A DNA stretch of 64,000 bases. Origin: Scyliorhinus canicula (taxonomy: Eukaryota). The stretch lies in contig NC_052147.1 of assembly GCF_902713615.1 (NCBI RefSeq), positions 166,388,410 to 166,452,409 of the forward strand, read 5' to 3'. The notes under the pieces are model-generated. The model was not told the DNA's origin. It saw only the letters and a list, made by a program, of their open reading frames with translations, and made no database searches. Shown piece after piece: positions 48,771 through 59,907 of the stretch. Position 1 is the stretch's first letter; each line of letters opens with the position of its first letter. Position numbers and translations under genes: made by a program.

Positions 48771-48962
48771 TTCCATCATGGGGCCCGACATTCACTCACT
48801 ACTGAGGTCCCTGTGGGAGGTCATTGTGATGGTTACTATGTTCATGGGCAGGGCGTTAATATGATTGGCTGGATGTTGCAGGAGAATGATGATGGCATTG
48901 TAAAGACTGCTGGCATGGGACACCCAGCCATGATGGCTAGCATTGAGGAAAGAGTGATACTT

Positions 48963-49136
48963 GAGGCTGGTTTAGCACAGTGGGCTAAACAGCTGTTTGT
49001 AATGCAGAACAAGGCAGCAGCGTGGGTTCAATTCCCGTACCGGCCTCCCCGAACAGGCGTGAGAATGTGGCATCTTTTCACAGTAACTTAATTGAAGCCT
49101 ACTTGTGACAATAAGCGATTATTATTATTATTATTA
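48963..49136 (+). mobile_element. Short tRNA-derived SINE (family B)
   Basis: Same head and tail as 18244; ends in (ATT)n. Confidence 0.8.
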
Positions 49137-49679
49137 CTCTTCTAATCCTTTGAGATATGTCTGACTGCTACCTTCCAGAAAGCTGAATGCGACCTGTCAA
49201 TGAACGGACTTCTCATGGGGCCTGGAGCTGCTGGATGACAAATCTCAGCTGCTACTATCTCCTCTGAGGTCAGGGTTCTGGTATTTCTCTCCACCTGCGT
49301 ACGAGGTACACAGGCTCTCAACACACTTTCAGACCGTGGCACCCTCCTCACTAAAGAATACTGTCAGGTATGAGAGGCCTGAGCATTGATGTTGTGGGGG
49401 GATCTATAACCTTCCATGCATGGTGGGTTGAGGGGAGGGGGGGCTGGTGGGCTGGGTATCCCATGTCAGCAGTATTTACTATGCCGTCAGTATGGGAGTG
49501 GGAGAGACTTTGCACTGACATTGTCACACTCCACAGGGATGAAGTGTGTATGGGCGTTTGCAGAGCAGGGTAGCATGGTGGATCTGTATGGGTGAACCAA
49601 CTGATCTTTAATACAAGTGCAATATTACCATGGTTACTTATCTCTACTACAGTCTAGGTTCACCTGTGCCCACTAAGTG

Positions 49680-50715
49680 TCTATAGTTTCTTACTCTTCC
49701 GCACCCTCCCACGATGTCTAGAAGTATCCTCAGAGCCACAGCCGAGGGTGAGGTGGCCTCCTGCCTTCCATGCCCTGTTGCCTGAGATGATCTTGGCAGT
49801 TGTCCTCTGGGCAACCTGGCCCTGAGGGCCCCTGCCTACTATCAGGCTGCACAGTGCTTCCCTCCTTGGTGTGCGGGCTGGAGGTGTGTCACTCACAGGG
49901 AGAGGCAAATCGGATGGGCTGGACACCCCGGGAATCTCCTGAATGGAAGGCTGTGCTTCTGCCGATCCTTTTCCCATTGCATGGCCGGGGACCCCTGTGA
50001 TGCACCATGAGATAGACGGGTAGAAGGAGTGAGATCTAGAAGCCCCAGCATTCTCTAGTGCTGACATTCGTGTGTTCCCATTAGTGCCTCCACCATGCTG
50101 TCGAAGCCCTGCACCATGGGGCTCATGCCCTCCACTGTGGAAGACATGTGCTGAAACATGGAGAACACATCCCCCGCCATGGAGTGCACCTCCTGCGCTG
50201 AGGTCTCCAATGCAGATGCCACCCATGCAATATTGGCCTCATTGCATTGGAGTAACAACATCATCTCGTTGGATAGAAGGAAATGGGACTTCTCCAGTTG
50301 GCCTTGCAGTCTGAGGAGGGATGCTGTTACCCCATCCTGATACTTGTGACTCTGCCTTTGAACTTCCATTAACCCAGGGACAACTGGACCCATCAAATTT
50401 CACTATCTGCCAAGGTGGGTTTCATGAGTCTGGGCTCAGCAGAGTCCAGAGCTCCAGCATCGCTCCGAGTGCCAGACCCCTGCGTTGTTCCTTCCTCCAC
50501 TTGCTGTGGATCTTCAAATGTGAGGTGCTCACCAGTTAGTGACTCAGATGCCTGCCTCCCAGGCAATCCCACTGAGGTGTGAGTATCTGCGCTGGTGGAG
50601 GGTGCGGGTGACAGCTGTGACGCCTCCGCGATGCCTTTTTCTGATTTGTCCCCCTCAGGTCTGTGGTGTCCAGAGAGCGCGAGGATGGTAGGTGCTGGTT
50701 GGCTGACCTGCAAGG
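49680..50715 (-). pseudogene. C-terminal exon of a Harbinger Myb-like partner gene, convergent with the transposase
   Basis: EASQLSPAPSTSADTHTSVG and a coiled-coil-like stretch are homologous to the + strand segment ~43280-43680 of the Myb relic. Confidence 0.6.
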
Positions 50716-50767
50716 CAAGTGAGATGACATTAGTGCATCACGGGGGACAGACTGTTGGGAGAGAGTT

Positions 50768-51087
50768 AAATAAATAAACAAAAAGATAATCTTTATTGTC
50801 ACAATTAGGCTTACATTGACACTGCAATGAAGTGACTGTGAAAAGATCCTAGTCACCACTTTCTGGTGTCTGTTCGGGTACACTGAGGGAGAATTCAGAA
50901 TGTCCAAATTACCTAATAGCACGTCTTTTGGGACTTGTGGGAGGAAACTAGAACACCCAGAGGAAACTCACACAGATGCAGGGAGAGCGTGCAGACTCCG
51001 CACAGACAGTGACCTAGGCCGGGAATCGAACCTGGGACCCTGGCGCTGTGAAGCCATAGTGAAAACCAATATGCTACTGTGCTGCCC
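50768..51087 (-). mobile_element. V-SINE, tail type iii
   Basis: Reverse-complement homolog of 2538-2858 and 54718-55040. Confidence 0.8.
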
Positions 51088-51127
51088 ACTCATGTGAGGC
51101 TTGCACCATGGCAGCAAAAGTGAGCAT

Positions 51128-53321
51128 TTGGAAGACCGAGACCCCGTTTGTGACACCGAAGGGAACCCTTAAAAAGTGATAGAGCCGCCCGTCTGCCTCG
51201 AACGCAGTGTACTTGCGGTCACTCGCGCGGATGGGGAGCTGATGGTAGGCGGACTTGTGGTCCACCGTGGAGAAGACCTTGTCCTGCGCGATCCTGTTGA
51301 CCAGGTCGGATATATGGGAGAGAGGGTACGCATCCAGCTACGTAAACCTGTTGATGGTCTGACTGTAGTCTATGACCATCCTATTATTCTCCCCGGTCTT
51401 TACCACCAGCACACGTGCTCGCCAGGGACTGTTGCTAGCCTCGATGACCCCTTCCTTCAGAAGCCGCTAGACCTCGGACCTGATGAAGGTCTGAGCTGGG
51501 CACTGTACCGGCGACTCCCGGTGGTGACAGGTTTGCAATCCGGGGTGAGGTTTGCAAACAAGGACGGGGGGGGGACGACTTTGAGGGTCGCGAGGCTGCA
51601 GACAGTGAGGGGAGGCATAGGGCCGCCGAATTTGAATGTTAGGCTCTGGAGGTTACACTGGAAGTCTAACCCCAGGAGTGCTGCCGCGCAGAGGTGAGGG
51701 AGGATGAATAAGTTGTAATTTTTAAACTCCCTAGTGATCTGTACTGAGTGAGAGCCGGAGGCCAGGGCGATTTTTTGCTTAACCGGGTAGACAGGGAGAG
51801 CGCAGCGTCTTACCGTGGTGGGGTGGACGAAACTCTCTGTGCTCCCGGAGTCCAGCAGGCAGTTCGTCTCGTGGCTGATGAGCAGAATCTTTGTGGTCGC
51901 TGTGGAATGTTTACGAGGCCGAGACTGGTCCAGCGTGACTGAGGCAAGTCATGGCAGATATTCGGAGTCGTCATCAGGCAGGGAGTAGTCACCCGCGGGG
52001 TCCTCGATGCCGATCCAAGATGGCGGCGCCCGTCGGCCGCACATGGTGGGGGGTGGACAAAATGGCGGCGCCCGTTCCCCGCACGTGGAGTCGGGGGTCC
52101 AAAATGGTGGCGCCTGGGGATCACACTTGGCGTCAGGGGGCGTAAAATGGCGGCGCCTGGGGATCACACGTGGCATTGGGGGATGGGGCAGCGAGGTCCC
52201 CGGGCCACACGGGGCCCCTGAAGAGATTGAAGGGGGAGTCCCGCGGTCACTGTCTGGGACTGCAGCGACCGCCTTTGCTTGGCAAACAGCCACAAAGTGG
52301 CCCTTCTTCCCGCAGCCCTTACAGGTTGCGGAACGGGCCGGGCAGCGCTGATGGGGGTGCTTCGCCTGGCCGCAGAAATAGCAGCGGGACCCCACAGGTT
52401 GTTCAGGGTGCCGTGCGGCGCAGGCCTGGGCGGGTTCCGGGTCCGTGGGGGAGAGAGAGGCCAAGTTCCACGCTGCCCAGGGGGCCGCCGCGTGGTCGGG
52501 GGTGTACAAGCGAGCGTTATCGTTCGCGACGTCTAGGGAGGAGGTGAGTGCCCGTGCCTCCGTGAGGCTTAAAGTTTATTTCTCCAACAGTCTTTGGCGG
52601 ATCTACGAGGACTGCATACCTGCGACAAAGGCGTCTCGAATTAGGAGATCAGTATGCTCAGCAGCAGACACCTGTGGGCAGCCGCAGTTCCTCCCCAGCA
52701 CGAGGAGGGCACGGTAAAAATCGTCCAGTGACTCACCAGGTATCTGCTGCCTCGTGGCTAGTAAGTGCTGAGCGTAGACTTGGTTCACCGCCGTATGAAA
52801 TGTCCTTTGAGCAAGTCCATAGCCGCGTTGTAGTCTGTCGTGTCCTCTATGAGCGTGTATACGGCGGTGCCGACACACGAGTGGAGGACGTGCAGTTTCT
52901 GCTCCCTCGTCGGGATGTTTTCCGCTGTGCTCAGGTAACTGTTGAAGCAAGCCAGCCAGCCAATGCTTAAATGCGGCTGTTGCATTCGCTGCGTCGAAGA
53001 CACTCCGGCTTGATGCGGAGCTCCATCCTTTAAAATCTTGCTAATTAAATTGATGTACAATCAATGGACACGAAACATAGGTGAAGTCCAAAATGAAAGG
53101 CTTTAATTAGCAAGAAGTGAGTCCGGCAGCAGACGTACAGGAAATGGCCTGGCTGCAGGAGGACACGGGTTCTTATACCCCGCCTCTTAGGCTGAGCTAC
53201 CTTCCTATTAGCCAATAGGGATAAGAAGCACACAATACTTGGGCCAATGGGCAGCGAGCCCTCTGCACCAATGTCAGCTCACACTCCCAGGTACCGTAAT
53301 ACCCCTAGTCATACTACCACA
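51128..53321 (-). mobile_element. Gypsy LTR retrotransposon, 3'-truncated: 5' LTR, gag, protease, N-half of RT
   Basis: LTR 53321-53051 (TGTGG...CATCA); gag ATG at 53026; twin zinc knuckles CYFCGQAKHPHQRC and CKGCGKKGHFVAVC; protease LLDSGS; RT RMVIDYSQTIN, SAYHQL, TAF, PFGVTNG; frameshifted. Confidence 0.9.
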
Positions 53322-53506
53322 CCTACTTTTATCCCCCTTGCAGTAAATGCCAACATTCCACTTGTCTTCCGAATCACTTGCTGTGTCTGCATACTACCAT
53401 TTTGTGATACGTGTACCAGGTCACCAAGATCCTTTTGTAGCATTGAGTTCTGCAATCTCTCTCCATTCAAATTGCATATTCTTCCTGCCAAAATGGACAA
53501 GCTCAA

Positions 53507-54068
53507 GGGCTGGATTCTCCCAAAATGAGACTATGTCCTCACGCCGGTGTAAAAACAGCAGAGTTTTACTCCAGAAATTCCTACCTAAAAGTTGAGTGAA
53601 TTCTGAGCCCTGCAGGGGGTTAGCAGTGACCCGGAGTGAATCTTGCAGCTTTAGCTGTGGATACGGGCCCCCGCATTTCCGGTTCAGAGTCCGCACATGC
53701 GCCCATGGTGGAGTCGGACTGTGTGCAGATCTAATCTCCAGCTGCCTATAAGGGCCCACCCGGTCTCCGATCCCCCCGCTCCCGACCAGGGCGGCCGCGG
53801 TCTGAGTCCGCAGCCGCCAAGCCGGCATCCCGACTGCAATAGGTGGTTAGTTCCATGCCGTCGGGAACTCGGCCAGCCGGGAGTGAAGGATTGCTCAGCA
53901 GGCCTCTGGCAATGGCGCCCCGGCCACACAGCGTACTCTGAGGTCATGCCGATTTTCGGGTCCCGGAGAAGCGCCGAAGCGGCGCCGGGCCCGATTTCGG
54001 AGTGAAAGTGGATTCTCTGCCCCTGCGCCGGCCGCGATTTCGGCGCGGGGCTGCGGAGAATCCAGCCC
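53507..54068. mobile_element. Harbinger-type MITE
   Basis: Perfect 14-bp TIR GGGCTGGATTCTCC / GGAGAATCCAGCCC; flanks CAA and CAC. Confidence 0.85.
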
Positions 54069-54717
54069 CACATTTTTCCACATTCTACTCCATCTGCCAA
54101 TTTTTTCACCACACCCTTAACCTGTCCATATCCCTTTGTATAGCTACCTCTGCTTGATAATTTACTTCCCTACCTTTCTTTTGTCATCAGCAAATTTAGC
54201 TACCATGCATTTGCTTTGTTCATCCAAATCCTTGATGTCGATTTAGTCGAGGCCACAGCACTGATCCCTCGGGTATTCCATTTGTTACAGTTTGTCAATC
54301 CGAAAAAGAGCTAAGTGTCACTGCTCCCTTTATCCATGCTAATATGTTACTCCCGACACCATACAATCCTATCCTGTGAAGTTGTCTTTGATTTGGCATC
54401 TTGTCAAACGCCTTCTGGAAATCCAAGTATATCACCTATACAGGTTATTCTTTCACCATCTTGCTTGTTACTTCCTCCAAAAGCTCTAATAAATTAATTA
54501 AACATGATTCCCTTTCACAAACCCGTGTTGACTCTGCTTGATCACATGATGATTTAAACATTTTTTAGAATAACCAAGACTTTTTTTTTCAATTAAGGGG
54601 CAATTTAGCGTGGCCAGTCCAGCTAGCCTACACATCTTGGGGTTGTGGGGATGAGACCCACACAGACACGGGGAGAATCACATGACAATTTTCTAAATAT
54701 CCTACAATGACTTCCGA

Positions 54718-55040
54718 GGGCAGCATGGTAGCACAGTAGGTAGCACTGTTGCTTCACAGCTCCAGGGTCCCAGGTTTGATTCTTGGCTTTGATCACTGTC
54801 TGTGTGGAGTCTGCATGTTCTCCCCGTATCTGTGTGGGTTTCTTCCGGGTGCTCCGGTTTCCTCCAACAAATCCCAAAAGACGTACTGTTTGACAATTTG
54901 GACATTCTGAATTCTCCCTCTGTGTACCTGAACAGGCGCCAGAATGTGGCGATCAGGGGTTTTACACAGCAACTTCATTGCAGTGTTAATGTAAGCCTAC
55001 TTGTGACAGTAAAGATTATTATTATTATATTATTATTAAT
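54718..55040 (+). mobile_element. V-SINE, tail type iii
   Basis: A/B boxes, V-core, ...GTAAGCCTACTTGTGACAGTAAAG(ATT)n. Confidence 0.85.
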
Positions 55041-56097
55041 AATGGATTGCAGCAGTTTCTGTACGACAGATGTTAGGCTAACTGGTATGTATTTCCTACT
55101 TTCTGTCTCCCTCGTTTCCTGAATAAAGATGTACATTAGCTATATTCCAATCCACTGGGACCCTTGTAGGGTCTAAGAATTTTTAGGTTCCAACACAGAT
55201 TATATTAGGGCACAGATATGGTATATAATTTCAAAGTCAGGGTCTTTCATATCATAACCCCCACAAGGACCATGGGGAAACCATCATTGTTTTCCTCATG
55301 GGATTCATGGAGTACGACCTTCCCAGGTAGGGGACAGAGGCCACTCACCTGCAGCTCATTATGACCTAACATAAAAGCAGGTCCAAAACAACACCTGGTG
55401 TGGTTAATATTCACACCTAGGTTTGTACTGGGAGCCATATGTTATATTATGCATACCTTTGTAAATAATGTAGATAAATCAATACTCGTTTACCACCAGC
55501 CTCCTCTGAGTTATTAAATATCACTTTTTTCAATTAGAGTTTAGGTTCTACCAAAAAAAAATAAAAAGGAAGGGGGAAGAGATGAACAGGTCATGTTTGC
55601 TTGTCCCTCAGTGGATAATAAAGTGAGAAATATACAGTTAACTTGTAGTATTGTCTGAATTCACATTCACTTCACCACAACCGATGGGGTAATAACATGA
55701 GGAATGTTCCATTCAAATATAAAAGCAATGAAAAACAAAATAATAAAACTAGAGATGGAGCGTTAAAATACAATAGTAGTGGGTGTTCTTGCACATTGAC
55801 CACTAAATTCTTTCATCTTCCTTCACATAGATTATTATATTGATCGGCAACTTATTTGAATGTTACTCAATCAGAGAACCAAATCCATTCACAGTTCAAT
55901 TGTAACTGGAAGTATTAAAGATAATCAGCAAATTAACATGTGCTGGCTTTGTTTTTCATGGTTTGGCTCACTTGGCAACTGAGCGAGCTGGGTATAGTTT
56001 GAAAGAAAGTTCTTGAAAATGATTTTTGTATCAATCGCTGTTCCAGAACAGTTAAGAGGTCAAAAGCACAATAGATTCTCCCTCTTTGTTTTCAAAC

Positions 56098-56247
56098 AAC
56101 AAATAAAATGAAGTGAAAGCAAAGTGAAGAGAATCAGTGACATGTCAAGCAACATGTCAAGTGATGTGTTTTGTTCTCTTTTTGCTGATGTTCAGCATCA
56201 GATCATTTGAATAACAAAGAGGTCACTTTGTACAGCGTATATATATA
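56098..56247 (+). promoter_or_regulatory. gamma-crystallin gene 3 promoter
   Basis: AACAAATAAAATG 56098-56110, GTGTTTTGTT 56166-56175, palindrome TGCTGA-TGT-TCAGCA 56183-56197, AACAAAG 56213-56219, TATATATATA 56238-56247. Confidence 0.78.
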
Positions 56248-56305
56248 CCACACTGGAGGAAGTAGAGAGTGTTATATCAGTTACTCATCTAACTGTGAGC
56301 TCAAA

Positions 56306-59300
56306 ATGGGAAAGGCAAGAACATTCTGATTTTCTACAGGATGTGAGAGTTTGTGATGCTAAAGTTCTCATGACCCCTTAATTTTCAAGCTTATTAATTT
56401 ATCTTGTCTCTTTCCATAGATTATCTTTTACGAGGACAGGGACTTCCAGGGTCGGCACTATGAGTGCAGCAGTGAGTGTGCTGATCTGTCCCCTTTCTTC
56501 AGCCGCTGTAACTCCATCCGCGTTGAGAGTGATTGGTGGGTGGTCTATGAGAGACCCAATTACATGGGATACCAGTATGTTCTGAGCAGGGGAGAATATA
56601 CTGACTACCAGCGCTGGATGGGATTCAATGACAGCATTGGGTCATGTCGCTCTTACCCATATGTAAGTTGACTGTTTATGTATCCCACTCAGATTGATGT
56701 CGGGAAATGCTTATTAAGGGAAGCACTTAAGTTTGGGAATGCTATTCTATTTTTCACAGTAAATATTTGGAACAACAGTAAAGATATATCGCTGATTATG
56801 TAAGTTTAGAAATGTATATCAGTGGAAATTGAAACTCATTGCGCCTCAAAATGGTGTGAGGCAATTTTTCAGGCATTCTTGGTGGTCATCTAAAACAGTG
56901 TTTATGTCACATAAAATGACTAAGTACCAGGAAATAGGGAATGGTGGTGAATGGTTGTTTTTTTTTTAACTGGAAAAGTGAATCACGGTGCTCTTCAGGC
57001 ATTGTAATTAGTACCTCTGCTGTTTTTGATCTATATTAATGACTTGGACTTGGGTTGGCATTACACAATTTCAAAACTTATTGATGGCACAAAACGTGGA
57101 AGTACTGAAATCTGCGTGGAAGTCAGTGATAGACTTCAAGATGGCATATTGAGGCTGAGGGAATGTGGCAGATGAAATTTGAAGCACAGAGCTGGTCGGA
57201 AAAATGAAGAGCGGCAATATAAAATAAAGGATACAATTTTAAAGGGGTTGCAGGAGCAAAAGCTTTGACACAGGGTCATCTGGACTCGAAACGTTAGCCC
57301 TTTTCTCTCCCCACAGATGCTGCCAGACCTGCTGAGATTTTCCTGCATTTTCTCTTTGGTTGCAGGAACAAAAGATTTGCAGGGATACAGGAACGGCAGA
57401 GTGAGATTAGCTGAGTTACTCTCACAGCGAGCTGACATAGGTGTGATTGGCCAAATGTGCACAAATTGTTGAACGTGGTAGGGCAGGTTGAGAAAACCCT
57501 TAATAAATATAGAGATATAAACTTCAATACAAGGAAGTTATGTTGATTTTTCCTAAAACACTAGGTCTGCCTTCAACTGGTGAATTGTGGGCACCACACT
57601 TCAGGAAGATTGTGAAGGCATTTGAAAGGGTGCAGAAAAGATTTAAGAATATTTTCCAGGGATGACGAACTTCAGTTATTGAGATAGATTGGAAAAGCTG
57701 GAGTTTTTCTGCTTAGAGAAGAGAAAGTTCAGAGCAGATTTGATAGAGGTATGCAAATCATAGAATCATAACAAAGTTACAACACTGAAGGAGGCCATTC
57801 AGCCCATCTTGTCCATACCAGCCCGACGACATCAAGTCTCCCTTTCTAATCCCACCTTCCTGCACCCGGTCCATAGCCCTGTAGCTTACAGCACATAAAC
57901 TGCAGATCCTGGTACTTTTTAAAAGAGTTTAGGGTTTCTGCCTCCGCCACCAACCCAGGGAGCGAATTCCAGACTCCCAATGCCCTCTGCATAACAAAGT
58001 TCTCCCTCATGTCCCCTCCACACCTTCTGCCGCTATGGCCAATGGTTCTAGAATTTCACGAGGAGCCTGGACATGACAGACAGGGGGAACGTCTTCTCAT
58101 TGGTGGAAGGGCAGAGAAGCAGAAGACACTGGTTTAATGATTGGAAAAAGAGGTAATGATGAAATGAAGATGAGGGTTTTTACACAGAGAATGGTTAGGC
58201 TTTGGAATGCATGGTGGAGACAGATTGACTTGAGAATTTCAGAAGGATTTTGGATCATTATCTGAAAAGAAAAGAGTTGCAGGCATACAGGAAAGGCAGT
58301 GTGAGATTAGCTAAGTTGCTCTCACAGTGAGCTGACATGGGTGTGATTGGCCAAATGGCCTCCTTTGGTGTTGCAACCATTTTAGGATTTTAGAATTCTA
58401 CTAAACTGCAAATGAGTGGCCTATTTTAGGACCCTTCAGAGAAATTGGATTGCGAATGGATTCATATGTGTTGCCCTACGTAGTGACCACTGAGGAACAG
58501 TTACACTTTGAAAAATTGTTTTGAATATTTGTACCAGGAGGAGCAGGTGTGCTGCCCTGACTTCACAGCAATTGTGATCACATCCTGTTCCCTTCAAATG
58601 TGCAAACAGCTGATGAAGAATGTTTGTGCAGCAAATTAATCTTGATGAGGCAATGCTCAAGCCACTTGAGATTCTTTCAGTTGGTGCCCATCTGCCTGTG
58701 AGTCTGGGATTAAAAATGGGACCAGATGAATTTTTATTTTGTGAATACAATTAACATCTGTCTATGATTGGATAAATGATTTACATCGTTTATAGGAAAA
58801 AGAGACTGATTGGTCTATCGTCTATCAGCATCTATATTTCCAGTCCTTTCTCCTTCTCTATTCCTTCTAATCATTCTGGCCATTGCACCCACACACTCTT
58901 TCCATTCCCTTTAAACACAGGCAATGAAGCTAATATATTCTAAACCACCACAGATTTGGTTTAATGAATGGCTCCCATTCTATCACTCCATTATCTGTGA
59001 AGTTATCCTTACCTTCGGTCCATTTAAACAATGCATTAGTGCTCAGCAGAAAGCTGTGGTAAATCATGATGTACTGATCTTACAAACAGCCCAGGATATC
59101 AACATCGTCACTCTCATTCTCACATCACCTACATAGGAGGATGAGATAATAGAAATATTCAGGTAAATTAAACCAGATGTTTACTGATTTAAAAAAATCT
59201 TTCATGAGATTTGGGCACTACTGGCTAGGTCAACATTTGTTGGCCATCCTTAACTGTCCTTGAGAAGGTGGTGATGAACTGCCTTCTTGAACTGCCACAG

Positions 59301-59858
59301 TCCATGTATATTAATAAATCTCCTGTTAGTATGAGCCAATGTCATCAAACTTAGATCTGCAATGGTTCCACTTTTACTGTGCAAAATTACACAGACGTTG
59401 CACACTGGTAATCAGATAAAAAATAAAGCATAGTCCTGTTCTTGTTATTAAATTATCTCAGCTCTAGCCTCATTAGGTGTTTCATCAGATGTTCCCTTAT
59501 AACCAGTAGATCCATTTTTTTAACAAAGTTTAAACGTATAATTAATACCATCATCACACACATGCTTTACCTTCTATCACAGTACCGAGGTGGAAACTAC
59601 AGAATGAAGATTTACGAGAGGCCCGACTTTGGAGGACAGATGATGGAATTCATGGATGACTGTCCATCCGTCTATGATCGTTTCCGTTACCGTGACATCC
59701 ACTCCTGCCATGTGATGGACGGTTACTGGATCTTCTATGAACATCCCAACTACAGAGGCCGACAGTACTTCATGAGACCCGGTGAATACAGGAGATACAG
59801 TGACTGGGGTGGCTACAATTCAACTATCGGATCTTTCAGACGCATGAGGGATTTCTAG
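56306..59858 (+). CDS. cryg: gamma-crystallin gene 3, 175 aa; join(56306..56314,56420..56662,59583..59858)
   Basis: ATGGGAAAG|GCAAG; exon 2 [40 protein letters not shown]...GSCRSYPY (absent from the ORF track); exon 3 [16 protein letters not shown]...FRRMRDF*. Confidence 0.95.
56420..56662 (+). CDS. cryg: gamma-crystallin gene 3 exon 2
   Basis: ccatAG|ATTATC ... CCATAT|GTAAGT, 243 nt, open frame. Confidence 0.95.
56935..58400 (+). mobile_element. Old CR1 LINE RT/3' remnant in intron 2 of gene 3
   Basis: Degenerate TATATTAATGACTTGGA, AGGGTGCAGAAAAGATTT and TTTTTACACAGAGA..GGTTAG CR1 motifs, with nested inserts. Confidence 0.7.
57263..57357 (+). mobile_element. 95-bp Penelope-type mini-insertion beginning with a variant hammerhead motif, 17-bp TSD
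   Basis: TSD GGTTGCAGGA(G/A)CAAAAG at 57246-57262 and 57358-57374; GCT-TTGACAC-A-GGGTC-ATCTG-GACTC-GAAA-CGTT-AGC. Confidence 0.7.
59583..59858 (+). CDS. cryg: gamma-crystallin gene 3 exon 3
   Basis: tcacAG|TACCGA, 276 nt to TAG. Confidence 0.95.
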   Translation, partial: YRGGNYRMKIYERPDFGGQMMEFMDDCPSVYDRFRYRDIHSCHVMDGYWIFYEHPNYRGRQYFMRPGEYRRYSDWGGYNSTIGSFRRMRDF

Positions 59859-59907
59859 ACTGTTCCTGACAAATATGGCTTTGTTTTTCTGAGACATGTG
59901 TCAGCAG

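Larger units (their letters stand above)
53322..55164 (-). mobile_element. CR1 LINE RT remnant with nested MITE and SINEs
   Basis: KDLGDLVH, CR1-like RT nucleotide motifs (AAATTTGCTGATGAC, TTCCAGAAGGCGTTTGACAAG); many stops. Confidence 0.7.

Noticed and set aside
55165-55523. Possible solo LTR (TG...CA) upstream of gene 3
   Set aside because: LTR-like layout but no convincing TSD, so boundaries are unsupported.
59442-59582. N-terminal extensions of crystallin ORFs in the ORF track (also 6467, 28023, and the 3' run-on to 3915)
   Set aside because: Intronic read-through; splice sites and paralog alignment define the real exon limits.
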